A stretch of DNA of 44,391 nucleotides from an uncultured Cellvibrionales bacterium (GTDB lineage Bacteria; Pseudomonadota; Gammaproteobacteria; Pseudomonadales; UBA7239): NCBI GenBank assembly GCA_937864065.1, contig CALMIC010000245.1, positions 1-44,391 on the forward strand. The letters are read 5' to 3'. Numbering within the stretch: the first letter of the stretch is position 1; each line of letters starts with the position of its first letter. The notes beneath the pieces are model-generated. The model saw only the letters and a list, made by a program, of their open reading frames with translations. It made no database searches and was not told the origin of the DNA. The position numbers and the translations under genes were made by a program. This document shows, in pieces, positions 17,443 to 26,620 of this stretch.

Positions 17443-19734
17443 ATGCGCCGCAGGAAACCGCGCCACACCGCCGCCACCCCCAACTACGCCCGCTGGCTGG
17501 CCGCTGCCCTGCTGCTGGGCGGGATGTTCACCGCGTCGGCCGCCAGCGCGGCGGACTACAGCTGGCAGAAATGGCAAGGCCTGCCCCCGGCACCGCCGTG
17601 GGAGCTGACAAACGTCATCGTAGGCACCAACGGGCTGACCAACCGCTCAGTATCACCCGGCTATGCCGCGCTGCAAATCAACAACAGTGTCCCCTATACC
17701 GCCGCCTGGACCCAGACCAGCTGCCCGATGGGCGGTATGTATTGTGTCGAGTTCAGCATCAACGGGGTTGCACAACCGACCTGCACGACGTCCTCCTGTA
17801 CTGCGCCTGTTCCTGCTGGCGACAACCGCCTGCAATGGCGAGTGATCGACGGTGGCGGCCACTTCACCACCGCCGATTTGGGCGGCTTGAACTTGTCCGG
17901 CCTCGATGAAGCGGATCTCGACAATCTCCTCGACGGCGACAACTGCCCGACTGTCTACAACCCCGACCAGCTCGATAGCGATGGCGATGGCCTGGGCAAT
18001 GCTTGCGACCCCGACGATGACAATGATGGCGTGATTGACAGCCTCGACAAGTATCCGCTTGACCCGACCGAATCAGCCGACACGGATAACGATGGCATCG
18101 CCAACAATGCCGATACCGACGACGACAATGACGGCTTGCCCGACAGCAGCGATAACTGCCCGCTCAAGACCAATCCCGACCAACTCGATACCGATGGCGA
18201 TGCGCAAGGCGATGCTTGCGACGCTGATGACGACAACGACGGCGTGGCAGACAGCAGCGACCGGTTCCCACTGGACCCGGCCGCCGCACTCGATACAGAC
18301 AGGGACGGTTTTCCCGACAGCTGGCTACCCGCTTGCGATGCTGCTTGCCAGGCGGGCTCTGGCCTGGCGCTGGACAACTGCCCGCTGGATGCCAACCCGG
18401 GCCAGCAGGATACAGATGCTGATGGCTCGGGCGACCTGTGTGATAGCGACGCCAGCATCACTGAATGGGGCAACCTTGCCGGCGCCAATGCCTACGTCTA
18501 TGCCGTGGCGGCGCAGGCCAACGGCAAGAGCGTGATCGGCGGTAACTTCACCGCCGTCAATGGCACGGCCATCAACCGCATTGCCCGCCTGAACTACGAC
18601 GGCACACTCGACACCAACTTCAAACCGGGTACCGGGGTGGATGGCGCTGTGTACGATGTGCTGGTGCAACCTGATGGCAAGATCCTGCTCGCCGGCAATT
18701 TCTCCATCATCAATGGTATCGTCAGGAACCGTGTGGCCCGCCTGCTGCCGGACGGCTCACTAGACACCAGCTTTGTCTACAGCAGCGGCCCGTCCGCCAC
18801 CGTGTATGCGATGGCGTTGCAGGCAGATGGCAAGATCATCATCGGTGGCGATTTCACCAGTGTCAGCGGCGTGAGCGCGCCCCGCTTTGCACGACTGAAC
18901 AGCAACGGCAGCCTGGACACCTACCTCAACATTGGCAATGGCGCCAACAGCTATGTCCATGCACTGGCCATCCAGGCTGATGGCAAGATCCTGCTGGGCG
19001 GCAATTTCACCATTGTCCAGAACACGTCACGCAACCGTCTCGCCCGACTGGGCAGCGATGGCTGGCTGGATACCGACTTCAATGCCACTGCCGTGGGCAG
19101 CACAGTGCTGGATATCGCCGTGCAACCGGATGGCAAGATCCTGGCCGGCACTCTTAACGGTGCAGTGAAACGGCTTAACAGTGATGGCAGCGAGGACACC
19201 AGCTTCAATACCGGCACAGCTGGCGATGGCGCCGTCTATGACATCGAACAGCAATCTGACGGCCGGCTGCTGGTTGCTGGCAATTTCACCCACTGGAACG
19301 GTGCTGCACACAATCGCCTGGTGCGCCTGTTACCGGACGGCAGCATCGACAGCAGTTTCAGCAGTGGCAGCGGCGCCAACGCAGTGATCTATGCCGCCGT
19401 GCAGCACGCCAATGGCATGTTCGTCTTCGGCGGTGATTTCACGCAATACAACGGCACAGCCCGCAACTATGTCCACGGCATCTACACCTGGGCCGATACC
19501 GACCTGGACGGCGTCGACAACAAAGTCGATGCCTATCCGTACAACCCGGCAGAATGGGCAGACAGCGACAACGACGGTCTAGGTGACAACGCCGACCTTG
19601 ATGACGACAACGACAGCATGCCGGATTACATCGACGCCGCCCCGCTGGATGCCGGCATCAACAATGAAGCCACCCTGCCGCTGGACGGCGGCTACAAAGG
19701 CAGCCAGGTCCAGGAAACGCAGGCCACGCAGTAG
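17443..19734 (+). CDS. Secreted Ca-binding protein: thrombospondin type-3 repeats plus a 7-blade delta-60-type beta-propeller plus C-terminal TSP3-like repeats
   Basis: 763 aa with a signal peptide (LAAALLLGGMFTASAASA). It has 3 DNCPxxxNPxQxDxDxDGxGDxCD units, 7 repeats of about 58 aa (VYAxAxQxDGKIxxGGxFTxxNGxxRNRxARLxxDGSLDTxF), and a DxDxDG tail. Confidence 0.85.
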   Translation: MRRRKPRHTAATPNYARWLAAALLLGGMFTASAASAADYSWQKWQGLPPAPPWELTNVIVGTNGLTNRSVSPGYAALQINNSVPYTAAWTQTSCPMGGMYCVEFSINGVAQPTCTTSSCTAPVPAGDNRLQWRVIDGGGHFTTADLGGLNLSGLDEADLDNLLDGDNCPTVYNPDQLDSDGDGLGNACDPDDDNDGVIDSLDKYPLDPTESADTDNDGIANNADTDDDNDGLPDSSDNCPLKTNPDQLDTDGDAQGDACDADDDNDGVADSSDRFPLDPAAALDTDRDGFPDSWLPACDAACQAGSGLALDNCPLDANPGQQDTDADGSGDLCDSDASITEWGNLAGANAYVYAVAAQANGKSVIGGNFTAVNGTAINRIARLNYDGTLDTNFKPGTGVDGAVYDVLVQPDGKILLAGNFSIINGIVRNRVARLLPDGSLDTSFVYSSGPSATVYAMALQADGKIIIGGDFTSVSGVSAPRFARLNSNGSLDTYLNIGNGANSYVHALAIQADGKILLGGNFTIVQNTSRNRLARLGSDGWLDTDFNATAVGSTVLDIAVQPDGKILAGTLNGAVKRLNSDGSEDTSFNTGTAGDGAVYDIEQQSDGRLLVAGNFTHWNGAAHNRLVRLLPDGSIDSSFSSGSGANAVIYAAVQHANGMFVFGGDFTQYNGTARNYVHGIYTWADTDLDGVDNKVDAYPYNPAEWADSDNDGLGDNADLDDDNDSMPDYIDAAPLDAGINNEATLPLDGGYKGSQVQETQATQ

Positions 19735-19758
19735 GGGCGGTTCGCGAACCGCCCCTAC
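19731..19758. repeat. REP-like perfect 28-nt palindrome GTAGGGGCGGTTCG/CGAACCGCCCCTAC (possible terminator)
   Basis: The palindrome is perfect and overlaps the TAG stop of the 763-aa gene. GTAG/CTAC ends are typical of REP elements. Confidence 0.5.
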
Positions 19759-19906
19759 TAATAAATCACACGACCGCTCGCGGCATAGTTGCAGGCGCGC
19801 GGCGCGATCCACCGGCTCACGCCACTGCTGCGCGAGCGGCACAATCCAGTCGGGCAGTGTCAGCTGGATATCCATGCAATAGTCCGCCGTGTTAGCGACA
19901 GTGTAG

Positions 19907-21946
19907 TCAGTCAAACAGGCTTTTGAGGCTCGCCATCGTGTCGCGCGCCTTTTTCGCCTGCTGTTCCGGCGGCAATGCGTGGCCGCCACCCTCGCGTTGC
20001 AGGTCTTCGGCCGGCAATTCGTCGAGAAAACGGCTCGGCGTCGGCTCGGCCACCTGGCCATACTGCTTGCGCTTCTGTGCCAGCGTGAGCGTGAGCGTGC
20101 GCTGCGCGCGGGTGATGCCGACGTAGGCCAGCCGCCGTTCTTCCTCGATCTGGTCGGTCTCGATGCTGTTGCGGTGCGGCAGCAATTCTTCCTCCCAGCC
20201 GAGGATGAACACGTGCGGGAACTCGAGGCCTTTGGCGGCATGCAAGGTCAGCAGCTGCACGCGATCGAAGTCTTCCTCTTCTTCCTGCCGCTCGAGCAGG
20301 TCGCGCAGGATCAGCTTGCTGATCGCATCCTGCAGCTGGTCGTTGCCGTCGCGCGTGCTATCGGTGTCTTCTTCCTCACTGATAGTGAGTGAACGGCCGA
20401 GCGATTCGATGAGGTAACGCACGTTGTCCATGCGCCGCTCGGCCATGTTGGCACTGGACGAGTTCTGGTGCAGCCACGCCTCGTAACCGATATCGTCGAT
20501 CATCTCGTTGATCACATCAACCGGGTTCTCGCTCGCACAGCGGCGGCGAATGCCGTCCATCCAGTGCACGAACTGGCGCAGGCGCTCGAGCGGCTCGCCA
20601 TTCAACACAGCTTCAATGCCGATCTCGTTGATCACCTGGCTCAGGCTGCCGTCGCGGTTCTGCGCATACAGGCCGAGTTTTTCCAGGGTGCCGGGGCCGA
20701 TCTTGCGCCGCGGCACGTTGATGATGCGCAGGAAGGCATTGTCATCATCCGGGTTGGCCAGCAGGCGCAGGTAGGCCATGATGTCCTTGATTTCCTGGCG
20801 CGAGAAAAACGAGGTGCCGCCGGTGATGTTGTACGGCACCTGCAACTGCTGCAGGTGCATCTCCAGCAGGCGCGCCTGGTGGTTGCTGCGGTACAGCACG
20901 GCGTAGTCGCGGAACTGGTCGCGCCGCTGCAGGCGCTGCGCCAGTATTTCCGTCGCCACCCGCTCGGCTTCGGCTTCCTCGTTGGCGCAGTGGATGATGC
21001 GGATCGGGTCACCAAAACCAAGCTCGCTCCACAACTGCTTCTCGAACTCGTGCGGGTTGTTGGCAATGAGCTGGTTCGCCGCTTTCAGGATGCGGCCACA
21101 GGAGCGGTAATTCTGCTCCAGCTTCACCAGCTTCAGCGCGCGGTAATCCTTGGCCAGTTGCGACAGGTTTTCCGGCCGCGCGCCGCGCCAGGCATAGATC
21201 GACTGGTCATCATCGCCGACCACCGTGAGCCCACTGCGGTCACCGACCAGCAATTGCACCAGGCGGTACTGGCAGGAGTTGGTGTCCTGGTATTCGTCCA
21301 CCAGCAGGTAGCGGATGCGCCGGTGCCAGCGCGACAACACCTCCGGGTTGTTCTCGAACAGCTGCACGGGCAGCATGATCAGGTCATCGAAATCCACCGC
21401 GTTATAGGCTTTCAGTGCGCGCTGGTAGCGCTCGTACAGCATGGCCAGGTTCAGCTCACCCGGTGTCGCTGCGCGGCTCACCAGTGCAGCCGGCGCCTGC
21501 AGGTCATTCTTCCAGTTCGAGATTGTGTTCTGCGCCAGCTCGACGTACTCGTTGTCGACGTCGCCGCTCTTCAGCAGCAGTTCGCGCAACAGTGCCTGCG
21601 CATCCTGCTGGTCGAAGATCGAGAAGCCGCTCTTGTAGCCGAGGGTCGGCAACTCGCGGCGGATGATATCGAGGCCCAGCGAATGGAAGGTGGAGACCTG
21701 CAGCCCGCGCGCGTCGCCACCCAGCAACTTGCCGACGCGCTCCTTCATCTCCCTGGCGGCCTTGTTGGTGAAGGTCACGGCGGCGATATGGCTCGCCTTG
21801 TAATGGCACTCGCGGATGAGGTAGGCGATTTTCTCGGTGATGACACGCGTCTTGCCGCTGCCGGCACCGGCCAGCACCAGCAATGGGCCGTCGATATAGC
21901 GCACCGCTTCGCGCTGGCGCGGGTTGAGGGTGGGCAGGGAACTCAT
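19907..21946 (-). CDS. rep: ATP-dependent DNA helicase Rep
   Basis: 679 aa. LNPRQREAV...GPLLVLAGAGSGKTRVITEKIAYLI...HIAAVTFTNKAAREMKERV is nearly collinear with E. coli Rep. Confidence 0.95.
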   Translation of the reverse strand: MSSLPTLNPRQREAVRYIDGPLLVLAGAGSGKTRVITEKIAYLIRECHYKASHIAAVTFTNKAAREMKERVGKLLGGDARGLQVSTFHSLGLDIIRRELPTLGYKSGFSIFDQQDAQALLRELLLKSGDVDNEYVELAQNTISNWKNDLQAPAALVSRAATPGELNLAMLYERYQRALKAYNAVDFDDLIMLPVQLFENNPEVLSRWHRRIRYLLVDEYQDTNSCQYRLVQLLVGDRSGLTVVGDDDQSIYAWRGARPENLSQLAKDYRALKLVKLEQNYRSCGRILKAANQLIANNPHEFEKQLWSELGFGDPIRIIHCANEEAEAERVATEILAQRLQRRDQFRDYAVLYRSNHQARLLEMHLQQLQVPYNITGGTSFFSRQEIKDIMAYLRLLANPDDDNAFLRIINVPRRKIGPGTLEKLGLYAQNRDGSLSQVINEIGIEAVLNGEPLERLRQFVHWMDGIRRRCASENPVDVINEMIDDIGYEAWLHQNSSSANMAERRMDNVRYLIESLGRSLTISEEEDTDSTRDGNDQLQDAISKLILRDLLERQEEEEDFDRVQLLTLHAAKGLEFPHVFILGWEEELLPHRNSIETDQIEEERRLAYVGITRAQRTLTLTLAQKRKQYGQVAEPTPSRFLDELPAEDLQREGGGHALPPEQQAKKARDTMASLKSLFD

Positions 21947-22050
21947 CGATCAGGGCATACCGGCAGGGGGCTGCGTATTTTACCAGCTTGGCACCCGCCC
22001 CTCACGGCGTAAGATGCGAACCAGTGAACGCCGACCCCAGGAGAGTTGTC

Positions 22051-22935
22051 ATGCGCTTTGCCTTCCACGCCACCATGTGCCGTACCGACCACTACCTGCC
22101 CCAGGCCCAAGCCTGCGAGGAGCTGGGCTTCCACGGCTTCACCTTCCCGGACAGCATCTGCTACCCGCAGGTGGCCGAGACCAAGTATCCCTACAATGAG
22201 GACGGCTCGCGCAACTTCCTCGAGGGCACCCCGTTCCTGGAGCCCTTCTGTGCCATCCCGTGGCTGGCCGCCGTGACCCAGCGCCTGCGCTTCACCACCA
22301 GTGTGGTCAAGCTGCCGATCCGCAACCCGGTGCTGGTGGCCAAGCAGACCGCCACCGTGGCCTGCATCACCAACAACCGCTTTGCGCTGGGCGTGGGCCT
22401 GTCGCCGTGGATCGAGGATTTCCAGATCTGCGGTGAACGCTGGGAGAGCCGCGGCCCGCGCATGGACGAGATGATCGCGATCATCCGCGGCCTGATGACC
22501 GGCGACTACTGCGGCAGCGACACGCCGAACTACCAGATCCCGGCCTGCAAGATCTGCCCGGTGCCCGACCAGCCGGTACCTATCCTGCTCGGCGGCCATG
22601 CCGATGTCGCCCTGAAACGCGCCGCGCGCATCGGTGACGGCTGGATCCACGCCGGCGGCACCTACGAGACGCTGAAACCGTTGATCGAGAAACTGAATGC
22701 TTTCCGCAAGGAATACGGCACCGATAACAAGCCGTTCGAGATCCACGCTATCAGCGCCGATGCGTTCAGCGTTGACGGCGTGAAGCGACTGGAAGACCTC
22801 GGTGTGACTGAATGCATCGTCGGCTTCCGCAACACCTACACCGGCGAGCCGGACGACAAGACCATCGAGCAGAAGATCGGCATGCTGAAGTGGTTTGCCG
22901 ACAACATCATCGCCAAGACTGGCGATCCGGCGTGA
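22051..22935 (+). CDS. Luciferase-like (LLM class) flavin/F420-dependent oxidoreductase
   Basis: 294 aa with the TIM-barrel LLM pattern (FTTSVVKLPIRNPVLVAKQ, ILLGGHADVALKRAARIGDGW). The start is at the ATG at 22051, preceded by AGGAGA. The ORF-track start at 21988 lacks an RBS. Confidence 0.8.
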   Translation: MRFAFHATMCRTDHYLPQAQACEELGFHGFTFPDSICYPQVAETKYPYNEDGSRNFLEGTPFLEPFCAIPWLAAVTQRLRFTTSVVKLPIRNPVLVAKQTATVACITNNRFALGVGLSPWIEDFQICGERWESRGPRMDEMIAIIRGLMTGDYCGSDTPNYQIPACKICPVPDQPVPILLGGHADVALKRAARIGDGWIHAGGTYETLKPLIEKLNAFRKEYGTDNKPFEIHAISADAFSVDGVKRLEDLGVTECIVGFRNTYTGEPDDKTIEQKIGMLKWFADNIIAKTGDPA

Positions 22936-22965
22936 GTCGAAAAACAAACATAAAAGGATATTGGT

Positions 22966-23322
22966 ATGGATAATAAAAAAATTGCTGTAGTTTCTTTATT
23001 GGTGCTTGCACTGGCAGGCTGCACATCGACTCCGGTTCGCCTTACGCAAACCAGCGCAGAAGATCTTGCAGAATACGACTACAAAAAGCTTCCGGAAATG
23101 ACAACCGGAGCGGCAAGCTTCGCCTTGTTCTTCCTCATCCCCATAAAAGCCGGATCGTGCGAGGTACGCGCGCGAAACGAGATGCTGAAAAGATCAGGTG
23201 CTGATGACATCATCAACCCTTCTCTTTCATCAAGCTATGTATGGACGCCTGCCGGGGCAATACACCGGGTAAAAATCACTGCCACACCGATCATTATTAA
23301 CAAAAAGAAGAAGCGCAGCTGA
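22966..23322 (+). CDS. Small lipoprotein, unknown family (paralog 1)
   Basis: 118 aa with lipobox LALAGC and RBS AAAGGA-N7-ATG. It is located in a low-GC islet and shares SGADDIINP...WTP.G....ITATPI with the next gene. Confidence 0.7.
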   Translation: MDNKKIAVVSLLVLALAGCTSTPVRLTQTSAEDLAEYDYKKLPEMTTGAASFALFFLIPIKAGSCEVRARNEMLKRSGADDIINPSLSSSYVWTPAGAIHRVKITATPIIINKKKKRS

Positions 23323-23357
23323 CTTTCTGCAGAACAACCCAGTAAAAGGACATTTAA

Positions 23358-23717
23358 ATGCGTACATTTTTCATTTTGGTGATTGCCTCGATACTTGCAG
23401 GCTGCTACAGCAATCCGGTAAAACTCAGCGAAACCGATATTGAAGACCTTCCTAACTACAGTTATGAAAAACTTCCCAAGAAATCTATATCAGCAAGCGG
23501 ATTTATCCTGTTTGATATCATTCCTCTGGGAATGACCGGCAGGGAAAAGCGGGCCAGACAAGCAATCATTGAGCAATCTGGTGCAGATGACATCATCAAT
23601 CCGGCCATTTCCTCTGCTTTCAGGTGGACGCCGATTGGAAGCGTTTACACCATAACCATCACGGCGACCCCAATTAAAAAAGGTGGCATGGTCGACCTTG
23701 CTACCGATGCGAAATAA
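23358..23717 (+). CDS. Small lipoprotein, unknown family (paralog 2)
   Basis: 119 aa with lipobox ILAGC and the same RBS architecture. Roughly half of its positions match paralog 1 by eye. Confidence 0.7.
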   Translation: MRTFFILVIASILAGCYSNPVKLSETDIEDLPNYSYEKLPKKSISASGFILFDIIPLGMTGREKRARQAIIEQSGADDIINPAISSAFRWTPIGSVYTITITATPIKKGGMVDLATDAK

Positions 23718-23812
23718 TTACTTTATGAGTGATCATCGGACAGAATCCCGAAGCAAGCGGGCAGACAAACCGGAAGAAGTGGCTTTCGAGATCCTAGCAG
23801 CCTGAGGCAGCC

Positions 23813-23836
23813 GGGCGACCAGCAGGTCGCCCTTAC
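23813..23836. repeat. REP-like palindrome (GGGCGACC-agca-GGTCGCCC-TTAC)
   Basis: It has the same core as 2719-2740 and overlaps the blc stop codon. Confidence 0.4.
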
Positions 23837-24339
23837 TGCTCGACAAACACCAGCTTGCCGGTATCAAACCCCGCCACCTTGGCTTTCTCCACCAGCGCAT
23901 CCTTCACGGCCGGCGCCAGCTGCGGCGTGCGCGACAGGATCCACAAATAGGATGTATCCGGGCCGCTGATTAACGCGTACTGGTAGTCGTCATCCAGCGC
24001 CATCACCACATACGAGCCGTAGAACGGGCCGAAGAACGATACTTTCAGGTAGGCCTCGTCTGCATTGTTGACGAAATACGCCTTGCCTTCGGCTGCTTTC
24101 CATTCGCCTTTGGCGGCATCAAAGCCGCGGTTCAGCACGCGCACACCGCCGTCATCCCGCAACGAATAGTCGGCGGTGACTTTCGTCAAGCCGCGCTCGA
24201 AGGAATGGTCGAGCCGCGCAATCTCGTACCAGGTACCGAGGTAGCGCTGCAGCTCGAAACCGGTGACCGGTTGCACGGTATCCGGCTTGCCAACGCAGCC
24301 GGCGAGCAGCAGGCAGCAGATAATGAGCAGATTGCGCAT
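23833..24339 (-). CDS. blc: Outer-membrane lipocalin Blc
   Basis: RYLGTWYEIARLDHSFERGL.KVTADYSLRDDGG...YLWILSRTP is collinear with E. coli Blc, with lipobox LLLAGC. I prefer the ATG at 24339 (GGAGG 9 nt upstream). The ORF track extends to a TTG at 24360. Confidence 0.9.
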   Translation of the reverse strand: MRNLLIICCLLLAGCVGKPDTVQPVTGFELQRYLGTWYEIARLDHSFERGLTKVTADYSLRDDGGVRVLNRGFDAAKGEWKAAEGKAYFVNNADEAYLKVSFFGPFYGSYVVMALDDDYQYALISGPDTSYLWILSRTPQLAPAVKDALVEKAKVAGFDTGKLVFVEQ

Positions 24340-24402
24340 GGTCATGTTCCTCCCGTCCAATTTTCCTTACATTAGAAAGATAAACACTGGAGGACAACAC
24401 GC

Positions 24403-24978
24403 ATGAACCGCAAGTCTGCTTCGCTGCTGGCCATGACGCTCGCACTGTGTAGCCTGCCGCCGCTGCATGCTGATGACGCGCAACGGGTGGCAGAGACCCG
24501 TGCGGTGGCGCTGGCCATGCCGAAAAACCTGCTGGATGTGCTGCAAGAAGAAATGGCGAAAGGCGGCCCGGTCGGCGCGATTGCCGCCTGCCGCGAACGC
24601 GCACCGCAAATGGCGGCAGAGGCAGCCGCAAAAACGGGCTGGCAGATCCGCCGTGTGAGCCTGAACAACCGCAATCCGAAAGCGGTACCGGATGACTGGG
24701 AGCGAGCAGCGCTACAGGAATTTGACCGCCTTGCCGCTGCCGGCACCGATCCCGCCACGCTGGAAAAACATGAAACGGTGGTGATCGACGGCAAAAGCAC
24801 TTACCGCTACATGAAAGCGCTGCCGGTGCAGCCGTTGTGCCTGACTTGCCACGGCAGCGCGACCGATATCCCCGCCGATGTGCAGGCCACGCTGAAAACA
24901 CTCTACCCGGACGACAAGGCCACCGGTTATATGGCCGGCCAGATCCGCGGCGCGATCACCATCAAACGGCCGTTGTGA
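24403..24978 (+). CDS. Periplasmic c-type haem DUF3365 (Tll0287-like) domain protein
   Basis: 191 aa with a signal peptide, a single CLTCH haem-c motif and C-terminal GxxRGAITIK, typical of DUF3365. Confidence 0.75.
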   Translation: MNRKSASLLAMTLALCSLPPLHADDAQRVAETRAVALAMPKNLLDVLQEEMAKGGPVGAIAACRERAPQMAAEAAAKTGWQIRRVSLNNRNPKAVPDDWERAALQEFDRLAAAGTDPATLEKHETVVIDGKSTYRYMKALPVQPLCLTCHGSATDIPADVQATLKTLYPDDKATGYMAGQIRGAITIKRPL

Positions 24979-24979
24979 A

Positions 24980-26620
24980 TCAGGCGAGCCGCTTCAGCGC
25001 TTCTTCCTTCGCCCACTTGTAGTCAGGCTTGCCGCTCGGCGAACGGGCAATCTCGTTGACGAAGAACACGCGCCGCGGCAGCTTGTAGCGCGCAATCTGC
25101 TTGCTGCAGGCTTCCTGGATCGACTCCAGTGTCGGCTCGGCAAAACCGGGGCGGATGCTGACCAGCGCCGTGACGCAGCTGCCGAAACGCTCATCCGGCG
25201 TGCCAACCACCAGCGTATCCACCACCGCCGGGTGCGCCTTGATCGCCCCTTCCACTTCTTCCGGGAAAATCTTCTCGCCACCGGAGTTGATGCACAGTGA
25301 ACCGCGGCCAAGCAGCGTCAGCGTGCCATCCTCGTTGGCGCGCACCTTATCACCCGGTATCGCATAGCGCTTGCCGTCGGACGCGGTGACGTAGGTTTTC
25401 TTCGTTTTTTCCTCGTCCTTGTAATAGGCGAGCGGGATATTGCCGCCGCGCGCCAGCCAGCCCTCGCGGTCGCTGTTCAGCGGGATGAGGTTGAAATCGT
25501 CGTCGAGCACGGCGATATCCGGCCCCGGCGCAACGCGCGGGCCGCCGGCATCTTTCTCGGCGCCGCCCTTGCTGTGCACGGCAGCACCACAGTAACCGAC
25601 TTCACTCGCGCCGATGTTGTCCATCACCAGCGCATTGGGGAATTTCTCGCTGAAGGCATCTTTCAGCGACGGCGAGAAAATTGCAGCGGAGCTGGCAATC
25701 ACGAACAGCGATGACAGGTCATACGCCTCGCCGCGCTTTTCCTTTTCAAGCAGCGCATCCATCAGCGGCCGCGCCATCGCGTCGCCGGTGATCAGCATCA
25801 CGTTCACTTTCTCGCGGCCGATGGTGTTCCAGACGTTGTCAGCATCGAATGACTTGCGATCCGTCAGCACGACGGTGGCGCCTTCGAGCAGCGCACGCAA
25901 TGCTCCCCACTGTGCAGCGCCGTGCATCAGTGGCGCGAGCTGCAGCGAACGCATCGGGAAGGCATTGGGCTGGATGCAACGATCCGCCATGACCTCGGCC
26001 GAGGCGATCGGCTGGCCAGTGCCCATGTCGAGGCCGCCACCAAGCGCCATGATCACGTCTTCCTGGCGCCATACCACGCCTTTAGGCATACCGGTGGTGC
26101 CGCCGGTGTACAGCACGTAGAGATCATCGGCGCTGCGATCGACGGTGAGCGGCTCTTCGGATTGCTGCGCGGCGACCGTCGCGTAATCGACGGCGTCAAG
26201 CCCATCGAGCGCGGCATTGCTGCCATCCTCGATCGCGACATACGTCGTGAGTTGCGGCAGGCTGGCCTTGCTCGCGGCCAGCAGCGGCGCAAACTGGCGC
26301 TCGAACACGATGGCTTTCACGTCCGCATCGTTGAGCAGGTAGTACAGTTCTTCCTCGACATAGCGGTAATTGATGTTGATCGGCACCGCGCACAATTTGT
26401 AGCAGGCCAGCATGGTTTCCACCCATTCCAGCCGGTTGTAGGCGTAGATGGCAACGTGGTCGCCCTTGCCGATCCCCTGGCTGGCCAGGTAGCGTGCCAT
26501 GCGGTTGGCGCGGCGATCGAAATCACCGTAGGTCAGGCGCGCCTCGCCGCAGATGATGGCCTCGCGCTCCGGCACATTCTGCGCAACGCGTTCGAAGATA
26601 CTGGCGACATTGAATTCCAT
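24980..26620 (-). CDS. AMP-forming acyl-CoA synthetase (FadD-like)
   Basis: YTGGTTGMPKG (AMP-binding motif), GD..R..EDG and SGKPDY. The start is set at the ATG at 26620 (GAGG upstream) rather than 26650. Confidence 0.85.
   Translation of the reverse strand: MEFNVASIFERVAQNVPEREAIICGEARLTYGDFDRRANRMARYLASQGIGKGDHVAIYAYNRLEWVETMLACYKLCAVPININYRYVEEELYYLLNDADVKAIVFERQFAPLLAASKASLPQLTTYVAIEDGSNAALDGLDAVDYATVAAQQSEEPLTVDRSADDLYVLYTGGTTGMPKGVVWRQEDVIMALGGGLDMGTGQPIASAEVMADRCIQPNAFPMRSLQLAPLMHGAAQWGALRALLEGATVVLTDRKSFDADNVWNTIGREKVNVMLITGDAMARPLMDALLEKEKRGEAYDLSSLFVIASSAAIFSPSLKDAFSEKFPNALVMDNIGASEVGYCGAAVHSKGGAEKDAGGPRVAPGPDIAVLDDDFNLIPLNSDREGWLARGGNIPLAYYKDEEKTKKTYVTASDGKRYAIPGDKVRANEDGTLTLLGRGSLCINSGGEKIFPEEVEGAIKAHPAVVDTLVVGTPDERFGSCVTALVSIRPGFAEPTLESIQEACSKQIARYKLPRRVFFVNEIARSPSGKPDYKWAKEEALKRLA

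Noticed and set aside
23725-23805. 26-aa ORF (MSDHRTESRSKRADKPEEVAFEILAA) at the end of the low-GC islet
   Set aside because: It has no RBS and no recognisable features, and it is too short to support from sequence alone.
24976-24982. Convergent genes with almost no spacer (DUF3365/acyl-CoA synthetase 1 nt apart; deaD/DUF1289 9 nt apart) as possible antisense regulatory overlaps
   Set aside because: This is common in compact high-GC genomes, and no structure or motif specific to these junctions was seen.
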